Shown piece after piece: positions 36,778-46,343 of a stretch of 64,000 nt of DNA. Location: NCBI GenBank assembly GCA_963772375.1, contig CAVYXG010000005.1, forward strand, positions 557,339 through 621,338, written 5' to 3'. A model generated the notes under the pieces. The model was given only the letters and a program-made list of their open reading frames with translations. It was not told where the DNA came from and did no database searches. The stretch's first letter is position 1, and the number at the start of each line of letters is the position of its first letter. The position numbers and the translations under genes were made by a program. Source of the DNA: an uncultured Actinomycetes bacterium. GTDB taxonomy: Bacteria > Actinomycetota > UBA4738 > JACQTL01.

Positions 36778-37383
36778 ATGACGAAGCGCGACGAATCCCT
36801 CGCGACCTACCGGGCCAGGCGGAACTTCGGCCGAACGCCGGAGCCCGCGGCCCGGCGCGGCCGCAGACGGAAGGAGCCGCGGTTCGTCATCCAGCAGCAC
36901 GACGCCACCGCGATGCACTACGACGTCCGCCTCGAGGTCGACGGCGTCCTGAAGTCGTGGGCCGTGCCGAAGGGGCCGTCGACCAACCCGCGCGACAAGC
37001 GCCTGGCGATGCCAACGGAGGACCACCCGATTGCGTACGGTGGGTTCGAGGGCGTGATCCCGAAGGGCGAGTACGGCGCCGGCCCGGTGATCGTGTGGGA
37101 CGCCGGCACCTATCGGAACCTCAACGAGCGCGACGGCTGCGAGGTCCCGATGGGCGAGGCCCTGGCGAAGGGCCACGCGAAGTTCTGGCTGGATGGCCAC
37201 AAGCTGACGGGCGGCTACGCGCTCACCCGCACGCCGGTCGGCGGGAGCGAACGCGAGAAGTGGCTGCTGGTGAAGCTGAAGGACGAGGCGGCGGATGCCC
37301 GCCGGAATCCGGTGTCGACGCAGACGGAGTCGGTGCTGTCCGGCCGGACGATCGCCGACCTGCGGCGGGGCCGTCCGGCGTGA
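36778..37383 (+). CDS. Stand-alone LigD 3'-phosphoesterase (PE) domain protein
   Basis: FVIQQHDATAMHYDVRLEVDGVLKSWAVPKGPSTNPRDKRLAMPTEDHPIAYGGFEGVIPKGEYGAGPVIVWDAGTY matches the LigD-PE domain almost position for position. Confidence 0.8.
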   Translation: MTKRDESLATYRARRNFGRTPEPAARRGRRRKEPRFVIQQHDATAMHYDVRLEVDGVLKSWAVPKGPSTNPRDKRLAMPTEDHPIAYGGFEGVIPKGEYGAGPVIVWDAGTYRNLNERDGCEVPMGEALAKGHAKFWLDGHKLTGGYALTRTPVGGSEREKWLLVKLKDEAADARRNPVSTQTESVLSGRTIADLRRGRPA

Positions 37384-37396
37384 CATCGTTCATCGC

Positions 37397-38407
37397 GTGA
37401 CGGCCGACATCGCCGAGCTGGTCCGCGACGAGTTCCGCCCGCTGCTGCGGCGGACCGAGCAACCGGGCTGGATGCCGCCCATGCTCGCCACGCTGACCGA
37501 ACGTCGCTTCAGCGACCCCAACTGGATCTTCGAACGCAAGCTGGACGGCGTCCGCTGTCTGGGGTTCGTCCGTGGCGGCGACGTGCGGCTGCTCACTCGG
37601 AACCGGCTGAGCGCGAACTCGTCGTACCCGGAGGTCGCCGACGCGCTTGCGGCACAGCCGGTCGACCTGGTCGTGGACGGCGAGGTGGTTGCGTTCCGCG
37701 GCCGCGAGTCGACCTTCGAGCTGCTCCAGCGGCGGATGCACGTGCGGGATGCCGGGCGGTCGCGGCGATCGAAGGTGCAGGTGGCGATGGTGGCGTTCGA
37801 CCTGCTCCACGCCGGCGGGTTCGACTGCCGGGAGCTCCCGCTCCGCCAACGGAAGTCGTTGCTGCGCAGGGTGCTCCGAACGAGCGAGGCGCTCCGGATC
37901 AGCACCCATCGGAACGGCGACGGCGAGGCCTACTCCGAGGAGGCGTGCCGGCGCGGCTGGGAGGGCCTCATCGCCAAGCGCGCCGACTCCACGTACCAGG
38001 GCAAGCGCTCGAACGACTGGCTGAAGTTCAAGTGCGTGAACGAACAGGAGATGGTGATCGTCGGCTACACCGACCCGAAGGGGTCGCGGACGTCGTTCGG
38101 CGCGCTGCTGCTCGGGTACCACGACCGCGGGGAGTTCCGGTACGGCGGCAAGGTCGGGACGGGATTCGACCGCGCGACCCTGGCCGATCTTCTGAAGCGG
38201 ATGCGCCCGCTGGGACGCGACTCGCCGCCGTTCGAACGCACCAAGGGTCTGCCCCGGCTGGGCGCCCACTGGATCGAGCCCCGCCTGGTCGGGCAGATCG
38301 GGTTCGCCGAGTGGACGTCCGACGGTCAGCTCCGGCACCCGCGATTCCTCGGTCTCCGCCGGGACAAGCGCGCGGCGGAGGTGGTCCGGGAGCGCCCGGC
38401 CCGCTGA
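37397..38407 (+). CDS. Stand-alone ATP-dependent DNA ligase (LigD ligase-domain type)
   Basis: MLATLTE start region, adenylation motif I FERKLDGVRC (KxDG), EGLIAKRADSTYQ, KFK, C-terminal OB-fold segment. GTG at 37397, 13 nt after the PE gene stop. Confidence 0.8.
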   Translation: MTADIAELVRDEFRPLLRRTEQPGWMPPMLATLTERRFSDPNWIFERKLDGVRCLGFVRGGDVRLLTRNRLSANSSYPEVADALAAQPVDLVVDGEVVAFRGRESTFELLQRRMHVRDAGRSRRSKVQVAMVAFDLLHAGGFDCRELPLRQRKSLLRRVLRTSEALRISTHRNGDGEAYSEEACRRGWEGLIAKRADSTYQGKRSNDWLKFKCVNEQEMVIVGYTDPKGSRTSFGALLLGYHDRGEFRYGGKVGTGFDRATLADLLKRMRPLGRDSPPFERTKGLPRLGAHWIEPRLVGQIGFAEWTSDGQLRHPRFLGLRRDKRAAEVVRERPAR

Positions 38408-38442
38408 GCTACCTTCGCGTCGCGCACTGCTGGGACAATCGG

Positions 38443-39390
38443 ATGGTCATGGCGAAGGTCCGCGAACAACCCCTCGAGCTCGAACGCCGTCCCGGCCTCC
38501 ACGCGACCCCGCTGGGGCTGGCGGCGGTGGCCGTGCCGGTCATCGGGTGGTCGTTCGCCAACACGATCGTCAAGCTCACGCCGGTCCCGATCATCGAGTT
38601 CACGTTCTACCGGCTGTGGGTCGGCACGGCGCTGATGCTGATCGTCTCGGCCGTGGCGCGGCGGCGGCTGACGTGGCGGATCGTGAAGGCCTCCGCGCCG
38701 GCGGGCGTTCTGTTCGCCGCCAACCTGATCCTGTTCTTCGAGGCCATCCGGCACACCGGCGTGGCCGACGTGCTGCTGATCGCGGCACTGCAGCCGGCGC
38801 TGGTGCTGGTCGTCGCGGGGCGGTGGTTCGGCGAGCACCCCACCCGCCGGGACGTGACCTGGGCGATGGTCTCCGTGGGCTGTGTGGGGTTGTCGATCGT
38901 CGGCTCCAGCGAGAACGCCGTCTGGAGCCTGGGGGGCGACCTGCTGGCCGTGGGGGCGCTGTTCGTGTTCACGGCGTACTTCCTGTTGTCGAAGCGGGTC
39001 CGGCAGGACGTGCAGGCGATCGAGTACATGACCACCGTGACGCTGGTGGCGGCGATCGTGATCACGCCGGTCGCGGTCGCCACCGGCGACGGATTCGGCG
39101 GGTTCCGGCCGGACGACTGGATGCTGCTGGCCCTGTTCGTGATCGCGGCACAGGCCGGCCACCTGTCGGTCGCCTGGGCGCACTCCCACGTCGACGTCAC
39201 GGTGTCGTCGCTGATGATCCTGGGCGAACCGGTCATGTCGGCGATCGCCGCGCTGATCCTGCTGGGCGAACCGCTCACCGTCCTGCAGGTCGCCGGTGGG
39301 CTGCTGGCGATCGTCGCGGTGGGTTCGGTCGTGTGGCGGGCCACCCGCCGCCCGGGCGTCGAGCTGCCGGTGGAGACGGCGCCGGAGTGA
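38443..39390 (+). CDS. EamA/DMT-superfamily transporter (10 TM)
   Basis: Two EamA repeats with conserved Gly-rich helices (IGWSFANTIVKL..., LLLGEPLTVLQVAGGLLAIVAVG). Confidence 0.75.
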   Translation: MVMAKVREQPLELERRPGLHATPLGLAAVAVPVIGWSFANTIVKLTPVPIIEFTFYRLWVGTALMLIVSAVARRRLTWRIVKASAPAGVLFAANLILFFEAIRHTGVADVLLIAALQPALVLVVAGRWFGEHPTRRDVTWAMVSVGCVGLSIVGSSENAVWSLGGDLLAVGALFVFTAYFLLSKRVRQDVQAIEYMTTVTLVAAIVITPVAVATGDGFGGFRPDDWMLLALFVIAAQAGHLSVAWAHSHVDVTVSSLMILGEPVMSAIAALILLGEPLTVLQVAGGLLAIVAVGSVVWRATRRPGVELPVETAPE

Positions 39391-39392
39391 CC

Positions 39393-40373
39393 ACCTACTT
39401 CCTGACGGGCGGGTCGGGGTTCGTCGGGAACCGGCTGATCCGCCTGCTACGGGCGCGCGCCGACGCGGTTTATGCGCTGGCCCGGTCGGACGCGGCCGCG
39501 GAAGCCATCACGCAGGCGGGCGCGGAGCCGGTGCGGGGCGCGCTGGAGGACCCGGCCGCGCTGCGGGACGGCATGCACGGCGCGGACGTCGTGATCCACG
39601 CCGCCGCACGAACCGCGGACTGGGGCCGCCCGGCGGAGTTCGAACGCGTGAACGTCGAGGGCACGAAGAACGTCCTGTGGGCGATGCGGAGGGCGGGCGT
39701 GGAGCGGATCGTGCACGTCAGCCCGGCGACCCTGCTGGCCGACGGGCGTCCCGTGGTGAACGCCGACGAGACGACGCCGCTGCCCGCCACGCCGATGGGC
39801 TGGTACCACCGGTCGAAGCGCGATGCCGAGGTGGCGGTGCTCGGCGCGGACGGCCTCGAGCCGGTCGTGGTCCGCCCGGGCCTCGTGTGGGGACCGGGCG
39901 ACCACACCTGGCTGCCCCGGTTCCGGGACGGCGTCTGGACCGGCCGGTTCAAATGGGTGGGCGCCGCGCGGCACCGCATCTCGACGACCCACGTCGCGAA
40001 CGCAGCACACGGCATCGCGCTGGCGGCCGAGCGGGGCGGGGCCGGCGAGGTGTACTTCGTGACCGACGGGGAGCCCGTGGAGTTCCGTCGGTTCGTCTCG
40101 CGGTACCTGCGGACGATCGGCGTCACGGTTCCCGATCGGAGCATCTCGCCACGGGGCGCGCGGTTCGCGTCGTCGGCGGGGGAGGGGTTCTGGAGCATGC
40201 TCGCGGCGAAGCGCCCGCCGCCGGTGACGCGGGCGATGTTCGCGGTGATCGGCGCCGAGTGCACCGTGAGGGACGCGAAGGCGCGCAGCGAGCTCGGCTA
40301 CGAACCGGTGATCGGCTACGAGGCCGGGATGCAGGAGCTCGAACGAAAGCGCAGGAACCGCGTCCCGAAGTGA
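39393..40373 (+). CDS. NAD-dependent epimerase/dehydratase (extended SDR, 3beta-HSD-like)
   Basis: YFLTGGSGFVGNRLIRLL (TGxxGxxG), YHRSKRDAE (YxxxK). GTG at 39393 immediately follows the EamA stop. Confidence 0.8.
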   Translation, partial: TYFLTGGSGFVGNRLIRLLRARADAVYALARSDAAAEAITQAGAEPVRGALEDPAALRDGMHGADVVIHAAARTADWGRPAEFERVNVEGTKNVLWAMRRAGVERIVHVSPATLLADGRPVVNADETTPLPATPMGWYHRSKRDAEVAVLGADGLEPVVVRPGLVWGPGDHTWLPRFRDGVWTGRFKWVGAARHRISTTHVANAAHGIALAAERGGAGEVYFVTDGEPVEFRRFVSRYLRTIGVTVPDRSISPRGARFASSAGEGFWSMLAAKRPPPVTRAMFAVIGAECTVRDAKARSELGYEPVIGYEAGMQELERKRRNRVPK

Positions 40374-40437
40374 TCGCCTCGCGCCCGCCACCTGGGCGCC
40401 CGCCGCCGTCCCCGGCCTGTCATGATCCCCCGGGGAG

Positions 40438-42093
40438 GTGGGGGAAGCGGACGGGTCCAGGACGCCCGCCGAAGGGTGGGCCGCGCTCGACGGGGGGCGG
40501 TGGGAGGATGCCCGGTCGCTGTTCGAGTCCGATCCGGGATCGCCGTCGGCGCTCGACGGGATGGCCCGGGCCTGGTGGTGGCTGAGCGATGTCCCGGCGG
40601 CGGTGGCGGCCTGGGAGCGCGCCTACGCCGGCTACCGCGAACGGGGCGACGACGAGTCGGCGGTGCGCGTTGGGTTGTTCCTGTGGCGGGAGCACGGCCG
40701 GACCCTCGGGAACGACGCCGAGGCCAACGGGTGGCTGGCGCGATCGAAGGGTCTCGCCGCCGGCCTGCCGGACTCGCCGGCGGGGGGGTGGGTTCGCCTC
40801 GCCGAGTCGGAAGACGAGAGCGACCCGGCCCGGGTGCTCGAGCTCGCAGAGGATGCCCTGGCGACCGGGCGCCGGCTGCGCGACCCGGACCTCGAGCTCG
40901 CGGCGCTGGGACGGGTGGGGCTCGCGGAGATCTGGCTCGGTCGCATCGACGAGGGGATGACGAGGTTCGACGAGGCGATGGCGGCCTCGACGGCCGGGGA
41001 GCCGCGCGACCTCCGCACTCTCGGCGACCTGTACTGCACGTTGATGCTCGCGGCGGAGCTCACTCTCGAGTCCGATCGGTTCGAACAATGGAACCGGCGG
41101 CTGTTCGGATACATGGGCAGGTATCACCACCCCGATGTGCTCACGTTCTGCGGGACGTGCTGCGCGCAGGTCCTGGTGGCGGGCGGAGAATTCGTGCAGG
41201 GCGAGCGGTGGCTCACCGACACATTGGCTGCGCTCGAGGCGAGCGGCCAGCGGGCCAGGTGCGTCCACCCGGCGACGCGGCTGGCGGCACTTCGGATCGA
41301 CCAGGGTCGACTCGAGGAGGCCGAGGAGCTCCTGCGCGGCCACGAGGACCTGCCGGAGGCGGTCCAGCCGGTGGTCGCGCTCTCGCTCGCCCGCGGCCGG
41401 ACGGGACAGGCCGCCGCACGGCTGCACCGGCGGCTCGACGGGCTGGGGCGTTCGACGCTGCTCGCGGCACCGCTCCTCGCGCAGCTCGTCGACGTGCAGA
41501 TCGCCCAGGGCGACATCGAGGAAGCGGCTGCCACCGCCGGCTCTCTGTCGAAGGTGGCGGACCTGTCGGGGAGCGAGCGGTTCGAGGCGTCGGCGGAGCT
41601 GGCACTGGGGTCGGTCGCCGTGGCCGCAGGCGAGGCCGAGGCGGCAGCGGAGCACCTCGGCCGCGCCGTCGAGCTGTTCACCCGCCACCACATGCCGCAG
41701 GCCGCCGCCCGCGCCCATCTCGTGCTCGCCCACGGCCTGGCCGCCCGCGACGCCGATCGGGCGGTCGCCGAGGCTCGGCAGGCGTTCGACACGTTCGAAC
41801 GGATCGGCGCGACGCGCGACGCCGACCGTGCGGCCGTGTTCCTCCGGAAGCTCGGCGTCGGCGGCCGGACCGGTCCCAAGCTGGTCGGTGAGCTCAGCAG
41901 GCGCGAAGTCGAGGTGCTGCGCCTCCTCGGCTACGGCCTGACGAACGCGGAGATCGCCGCGCGGCTGTTCATCAGCACGAAGACCGTGGCCACGCACGTC
42001 GGGAACGTCTTCGCCAAGCTCCACGTGCGCAACCGGGCCGAGGCGGCCACGTTCGCGCAGCGGTACCTCTCGGAGGACGCCTCCTCCACGTGA
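40438..42093 (+). CDS. LuxR-family transcriptional regulator with large N-terminal TPR-like/helical domain
   Basis: C-terminal HTH LSRREVEVLRLLGYGLTNAEIAARLFISTKTVATHVGNVFAKLHVRNRAEA. ~480-aa helical N-terminal region. No Walker A seen. Confidence 0.75.
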   Translation: MGEADGSRTPAEGWAALDGGRWEDARSLFESDPGSPSALDGMARAWWWLSDVPAAVAAWERAYAGYRERGDDESAVRVGLFLWREHGRTLGNDAEANGWLARSKGLAAGLPDSPAGGWVRLAESEDESDPARVLELAEDALATGRRLRDPDLELAALGRVGLAEIWLGRIDEGMTRFDEAMAASTAGEPRDLRTLGDLYCTLMLAAELTLESDRFEQWNRRLFGYMGRYHHPDVLTFCGTCCAQVLVAGGEFVQGERWLTDTLAALEASGQRARCVHPATRLAALRIDQGRLEEAEELLRGHEDLPEAVQPVVALSLARGRTGQAAARLHRRLDGLGRSTLLAAPLLAQLVDVQIAQGDIEEAAATAGSLSKVADLSGSERFEASAELALGSVAVAAGEAEAAAEHLGRAVELFTRHHMPQAAARAHLVLAHGLAARDADRAVAEARQAFDTFERIGATRDADRAAVFLRKLGVGGRTGPKLVGELSRREVEVLRLLGYGLTNAEIAARLFISTKTVATHVGNVFAKLHVRNRAEAATFAQRYLSEDASST

Positions 42094-42200
42094 GTGCGGA
42101 CGGAATCGGTATTTCTTCCGATCCTCCCGGCGCGCTCCCACCGCATGCTCGGAGAACGCACCGCCGTACAGACGGCGGGTCCGAGGAAGGAGGGAAGCAC

Positions 42201-42611
42201 ATGACATTCGGCACCGACATCGTCGAGGGAATGCTGGCGGCGTTCAACGAACGCGACTTGGATGCCCTGGACGGCCTCGTTGAAACCGACGTGGTCATCC
42301 ACGGCGCCGGCGGGCAGGGCCTCGACGGGATGAAGGAGGAGCTGCGCGCGTTCCTGACGTCGTTCCCCGATGCCCGCGCTGAACTCGAGGACCTCGTCGA
42401 CATGGGCGAGACGGTCGTGTTCCGCGACGTGTGCGTCGGGACGAACACCGGGGAATTCTTCGGCCGGCCGCCCACCGGGCGTTCGCTCGCGATCACCGAG
42501 GTCACCGCGCTGAGGATCGAGGGCGGCAAGATCGCGGAGGCCTGGTACTTCCACGACAACGGTTCGATGATGCAGCAGATGGGGATGTCGCCGGCCGAGC
42601 CGGTGGCGTGA
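42201..42611 (+). CDS. SnoaL-like/ester-cyclase (NTF2-fold) protein
   Basis: ATG preceded by GAAGGAGGGAAG SD. FNERDLDALDGLVETDVVIHGAGG...EVTALRIEGGKIAEAWYFHD, typical SnoaL-like polyketide-cyclase fold family. Confidence 0.7.
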   Translation: MTFGTDIVEGMLAAFNERDLDALDGLVETDVVIHGAGGQGLDGMKEELRAFLTSFPDARAELEDLVDMGETVVFRDVCVGTNTGEFFGRPPTGRSLAITEVTALRIEGGKIAEAWYFHDNGSMMQQMGMSPAEPVA

Positions 42612-42631
42612 CCGACAGGGAGGGGAGCGGG

Positions 42632-43735
42632 ATGGCGATCATGGAGGAGTTGGACACGGCGGCCGCCGACCCGACAGAGGCGTTCGTCGGGGAGCTCTTC
42701 ACAGGGGGACTCGGAGGGTTCGAGCTCTTGGCGATCTACGCGGGCGACCGGTTGGGGCTGTACCGGTTGCTCGGGGACCGCCGAAGGCTCACGCCGGCCG
42801 AGCTCGCGGCGACGGGTGGGATCCACGAGCGCTACGCGCGGGAGTGGCTGGAGCAGCAGGCCGCCGCCGGGGTGCTCGAGGTCGACGACGCCGGCGTCCC
42901 CGCGTCGGACCGACGGTACTCACTGCCGGCTGCGCACGCGGAGGCCTTGGCGAAGCCCGACAGCCCGTTCTCGATCGCGCCGCTCGCGCGGGCGCTCGTC
43001 GCGACTGCGCAGGCGCTGCCGCAACTGCTCGAGGCGTACCGTTCGGGCAGGGGAGTGGCCTGGTCGGCGTTCGGGGACGACATGATCGAGTCGCAGGGCG
43101 ACTTCAACCGTCCATGGCTGGTGGGCCAGTTCGGCACCGAGATCCTGCCGGGGATCCCGGACGTGCACGAGCGGCTCTCGGCCGACCCGCCGGCCCGGGT
43201 GGTGGACGTGGCCTGCGGCGTCGGGTGGTCGGCGATCACGTTGGCCACGGCCTACCCGAAGGTCACCGTCGACGCGTTCGACCCCGACGAGCACGCCGTG
43301 GAGATCGGCCGACGACTGGCTGCCCAACACGGGGTGGGGGACCGGGTCACCTACCACGTCCGGGACGGGGCGACGATCGGATCCGAGGGGCCCTACGACC
43401 TCGCCCTGGTAATCGAGGCGATCCACGACCTCGCCCGGCCCGTCGAGAACCTGGCCGCGATCCGTTCGGCGCTGAAGCCGGGGGCGTCGCTGCTCGTCGC
43501 CGACGAACGGGTCGGCGACGAGTTCACTGCCCCGGCCGACGAGATCGACCGGTTCATGTACGCGGTGAGCCTGACGGTGTGCCTGCCGGCGAGCTTGGCG
43601 GAGGAACCCTCGGCCGCGACGGGTGCGGTCATGCGCGCCGGGAAACTGGGAGGGTACGCGCGGAAGGCCGGGTTCACCGACGTCGAGGTGCTGCCCTTCG
43701 AGCCCGGGTTCCTGCGGTTCTACCGGCTGACGTAG
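42632..43735 (+). CDS. Class I SAM-dependent methyltransferase with N-terminal winged-helix domain
   Basis: SAM motif I VVDVACGVGWSAITLA, acidic motif II VDAFDPDE, and DLALVIEAIHDL. SD GGGAGGGGAG upstream of ATG. Confidence 0.75.
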   Translation: MAIMEELDTAAADPTEAFVGELFTGGLGGFELLAIYAGDRLGLYRLLGDRRRLTPAELAATGGIHERYAREWLEQQAAAGVLEVDDAGVPASDRRYSLPAAHAEALAKPDSPFSIAPLARALVATAQALPQLLEAYRSGRGVAWSAFGDDMIESQGDFNRPWLVGQFGTEILPGIPDVHERLSADPPARVVDVACGVGWSAITLATAYPKVTVDAFDPDEHAVEIGRRLAAQHGVGDRVTYHVRDGATIGSEGPYDLALVIEAIHDLARPVENLAAIRSALKPGASLLVADERVGDEFTAPADEIDRFMYAVSLTVCLPASLAEEPSAATGAVMRAGKLGGYARKAGFTDVEVLPFEPGFLRFYRLT

Positions 43736-43759
43736 CCTCGGTCGTCGCGCCTGCGGTCG

Positions 43760-43999
43760 TCAGTTGCGGCCGCAGGCGCAGGCCCCGCCGCACCCGCACC
43801 CGCCGCCTCCTCCAGCGCCGAAGGAGGTCGAGGTGCCGCCAGAGGCGGAGCTCGAGCCGACCAACCCACCGATCAGCGAGATCAGACGGTTGACCTCGGC
43901 GGAGCCGCACTCCGCGCACGCCGGGGACTCGGCATCGAAGGGCTGAAGCCGGTCGAAGATCTGCCCGCAGTCGGCGCACCGGAACTCGTAGAGCGGCAT
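43760..43999 (-). CDS. FmdB-family zinc-ribbon protein with Gly/Cys-rich C-terminal tail
   Basis: MPLYEFRCADCGQIFDRL...CAECGS (CxxC...CxxC zinc ribbon), tail GGGGGCGCGGACACGRN. Confidence 0.7.
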   Translation of the reverse strand: MPLYEFRCADCGQIFDRLQPFDAESPACAECGSAEVNRLISLIGGLVGSSSASGGTSTSFGAGGGGGCGCGGACACGRN

Positions 44000-44036
44000 G
44001 GCGGAATCAGTGTAGGCCCTCGCGCCAACGACGGGT

Positions 44037-44735
44037 TCATCCGAAGCGGACCGACCGGAAGAGTTCGGCGGCGCTTGCAAAGGCCGGAGCAAACGGACGG
44101 TGCCGGGCCACCGCCATGACCACGACCAGCGTCCCGTCGACGTCGACGAATGCCAGTCGATACGCCGACCCCGCGGCGGTCGTGTAGGGGAACTGGCCGC
44201 CGAAGATGTTCGCCGCGACGGTCGGCGTGAGTTGGGCGACGACGCCGGGGCTCCCGCCGATCACCGTCGGTTCGGTCGACCCGGCGTGCAGGGCGCGATT
44301 CCCGACGACCATGGCGAGTGCCTGTCGCGGGGTGAGGTTCCCGGCGTACTGCGCGACGCCGGAGGGGTCGTAGACGGTCGTTGGGGTGCTGAACGCCGCA
44401 ACCGTGTTGGGCCGCTGGACGTCGAAGAAGTCGGGGATCTCGTGGCCGGCCGTCCAGCCGTGCTCGACCCGGTAGCTCACGTTCGGGGTGAACCCGGTGA
44501 AAGAGTACCGGCCGGGACCGAGCGAAGTGTCCGAGGCAGGCATCGGCGTGGCGCCCGCCGGCGGGCCGGGTGCGACGCTCGGCGAGGGGGTGGCAGGGCT
44601 TGGACTCGGATTCGCGATCGGGCTGCGACTCGGCGAAGCAGGCGCGCTCGTCGTCGAACTCGGCGTCGACGGCGACGCGCTACAGGCCGCCAGCATCACG
44701 GCGACCGCAGCGGCAATGCCGATCGTCCGGACCAC
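44037..44735 (-). CDS. Lipoprotein of unknown function (Ser/Pro/Thr-rich linker plus ~170-aa globular domain)
   Basis: GTG start giving VRTIGIAAAVAVMLAACSAS lipobox. Downstream domain without recognised motifs. Confidence 0.5.
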   Translation of the reverse strand: MVRTIGIAAAVAVMLAACSASPSTPSSTTSAPASPSRSPIANPSPSPATPSPSVAPGPPAGATPMPASDTSLGPGRYSFTGFTPNVSYRVEHGWTAGHEIPDFFDVQRPNTVAAFSTPTTVYDPSGVAQYAGNLTPRQALAMVVGNRALHAGSTEPTVIGGSPGVVAQLTPTVAANIFGGQFPYTTAAGSAYRLAFVDVDGTLVVVMAVARHRPFAPAFASAAELFRSVRFG

Positions 44736-44797
44736 GCCCCGTGATACGGGGGCGGGGGATACCGGGGATTCGGAGCGGGACGCCGTCCGGACCCGAG

Positions 44798-45385
44798 TCA
44801 GGTTCGTTCGATGACCGCCAGCCACGCCGGGATGCCGTCCGGCGTGATCAGGACGTCGACCGTGGTGGGCTCGATCGAGACGATCCGCCAGCCGTCTGCG
44901 AACGCCGATCGGATCTCGTCCTCCCGGACTCGGCGAGGTCCCCAGGTGCCGAGCGCGCGATCGCTGAAACAGAGCATCGCGAACCGTCCGCCCGGAGGGA
45001 TCACATCGCGGAGGCCCGCGACGTAGCGCACCCGGTCGTCGTCCCCGAGAACGTGGAACAGCCCACAGTCCAACACTGTGTCGAACCGCTCGCCGAGCGG
45101 GGCCAGGTCGAGCGCATCCCCGATCACGAACCGGGCCTCGTGGCCGCGTTCCTCCGCCTTGCGTCGAGCCCCTTCGATGGCCCGCTGTGATGCGTCGAGG
45201 CCGACCGCCCGGAACCCCAGCCCGGCCGCCATGAGCGCGTGCTCGCCGGTTCCGCAGCCGGCGTCGAGGACGGTCCCGCGGAGTCCGCCCCCTTCGGCGA
45301 ACCGCTCGAACGCCGGCTGCGGCCGGCCGATATCCCAAGGCGGCGGTCTTCCCTTGTAGGACTCATCGAAGTCGGGGTGCGTCAT
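44798..45385 (-). CDS. Class I SAM-dependent methyltransferase (small, TehB/Methyltransf_11-like)
   Basis: VLDAGCGTGEHA (motif I), VGLDAS, FDTVLDCGLFHV. Confidence 0.75.
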   Translation of the reverse strand: MTHPDFDESYKGRPPPWDIGRPQPAFERFAEGGGLRGTVLDAGCGTGEHALMAAGLGFRAVGLDASQRAIEGARRKAEERGHEARFVIGDALDLAPLGERFDTVLDCGLFHVLGDDDRVRYVAGLRDVIPPGGRFAMLCFSDRALGTWGPRRVREDEIRSAFADGWRIVSIEPTTVDVLITPDGIPAWLAVIERT

Positions 45386-45399
45386 CGCTCGTCGGTCGG

Positions 45400-45750
45400 T
45401 CAGCAGGTCACGTGGAGGATGACGTTGGTCTCCGCCGGCACGGGGCCGAGCAGCTCGATCGCCTCCTCGGTGGGGAACGCCACCAGCTCGACGCCGCGGC
45501 GTTCGGCCTCCCGGAACACCTCGTCCATGATCGGGAGCGAGCCGGACGCGCCGGTCCCCACCACCAGGCGGCGGCAGTCCCACGGGATGTGCTCGTCGGC
45601 CGAGAGCGGCGTGTGGCCGAACTCGTCCCGGAACCGCTTCGACGGCTTCTTGTGCCGCTTCGAGACCGAACCGTGGTCGATCACGACGTCGTGGTCGTAC
45701 TCGACGCCGTCGATCGTCACCGAGCCGAACGAATACGAGTCGAATCGCAC
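45400..45750 (-). CDS. Mth938-like domain protein (DUF498-type); start uncertain (GTG 45750 with GGGAGG just upstream; ORF extends to 45960)
   Basis: VRFDSYSFGSVTIDGVEYDHDVVIDHGSVSKRHKKPSKRFRDEFGHTPLSADEHIPWDCRRLVVGTGASGSLPIMDEVFREAERRGVELVAFPTEEAIELL resembles the ~115-aa Mth938-like fold family. Confidence 0.45.
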   Translation of the reverse strand: MRFDSYSFGSVTIDGVEYDHDVVIDHGSVSKRHKKPSKRFRDEFGHTPLSADEHIPWDCRRLVVGTGASGSLPIMDEVFREAERRGVELVAFPTEEAIELLGPVPAETNVILHVTC

Positions 45751-45827
45751 CTCCCGATCGTAGTTCGAACCCGCGGAAGCGTCGTCCGGAGGGAACCCGG
45801 GGGCCCCGTTCGGCGGTCGAAGGAGAC

Positions 45828-46343
45828 ATGAGCGTGCATCGGGTCGCCGGCTCGGCCGGGCGTTTCGCCCTGGTGGCGCTGCTCCTGTCCGCGCTTGCCG
45901 CGTGCCAAGCTCAGACTCGCCATGCCGCGGCCGGGTCGCACCCGCATCGTCCGGCGGCACGCAGCACGGCGACCGCTCCCGCCTCCTCGCCGCCCGCCGA
46001 GGTCGTGAAGGTCTCGAAGCCCACGCCGATCCCGCCGCTCGGTCCCGACGGCCGCTACCTCCGCGAGCTGCCGCCCGGAGGCGCCCGCCCGGCCGTCCCG
46101 GCCGGCGACGCGGTCAGGGTCGCGCTCCGTCACCAGGAGGCGGTCAACCCCGACGGGGTGACCGCGGCGTTCGGCCTGCTCGAGAACCAGCCGGCGTGGT
46201 TCGTGACGTTCGGCGGGGTCTGCAAGGGGTACGGCGTCCCCCCCGGCATCGCCGGGGCGCCCTGTCAGCTCAACACGGAGACCGTGGTCGTGAACGCCAC
46301 CACCGGCGCGTGGGAGCTGACCTACTGGGGTTCGGTCGGGTAA
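45828..46343 (+). CDS. Lipoprotein of unknown function
   Basis: SD GAAGGAG, ATG, signal/lipobox FALVALLLSALAACQAQ. No motif recognised. Confidence 0.55.
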   Translation: MSVHRVAGSAGRFALVALLLSALAACQAQTRHAAAGSHPHRPAARSTATAPASSPPAEVVKVSKPTPIPPLGPDGRYLRELPPGGARPAVPAGDAVRVALRHQEAVNPDGVTAAFGLLENQPAWFVTFGGVCKGYGVPPGIAGAPCQLNTETVVVNATTGAWELTYWGSVG

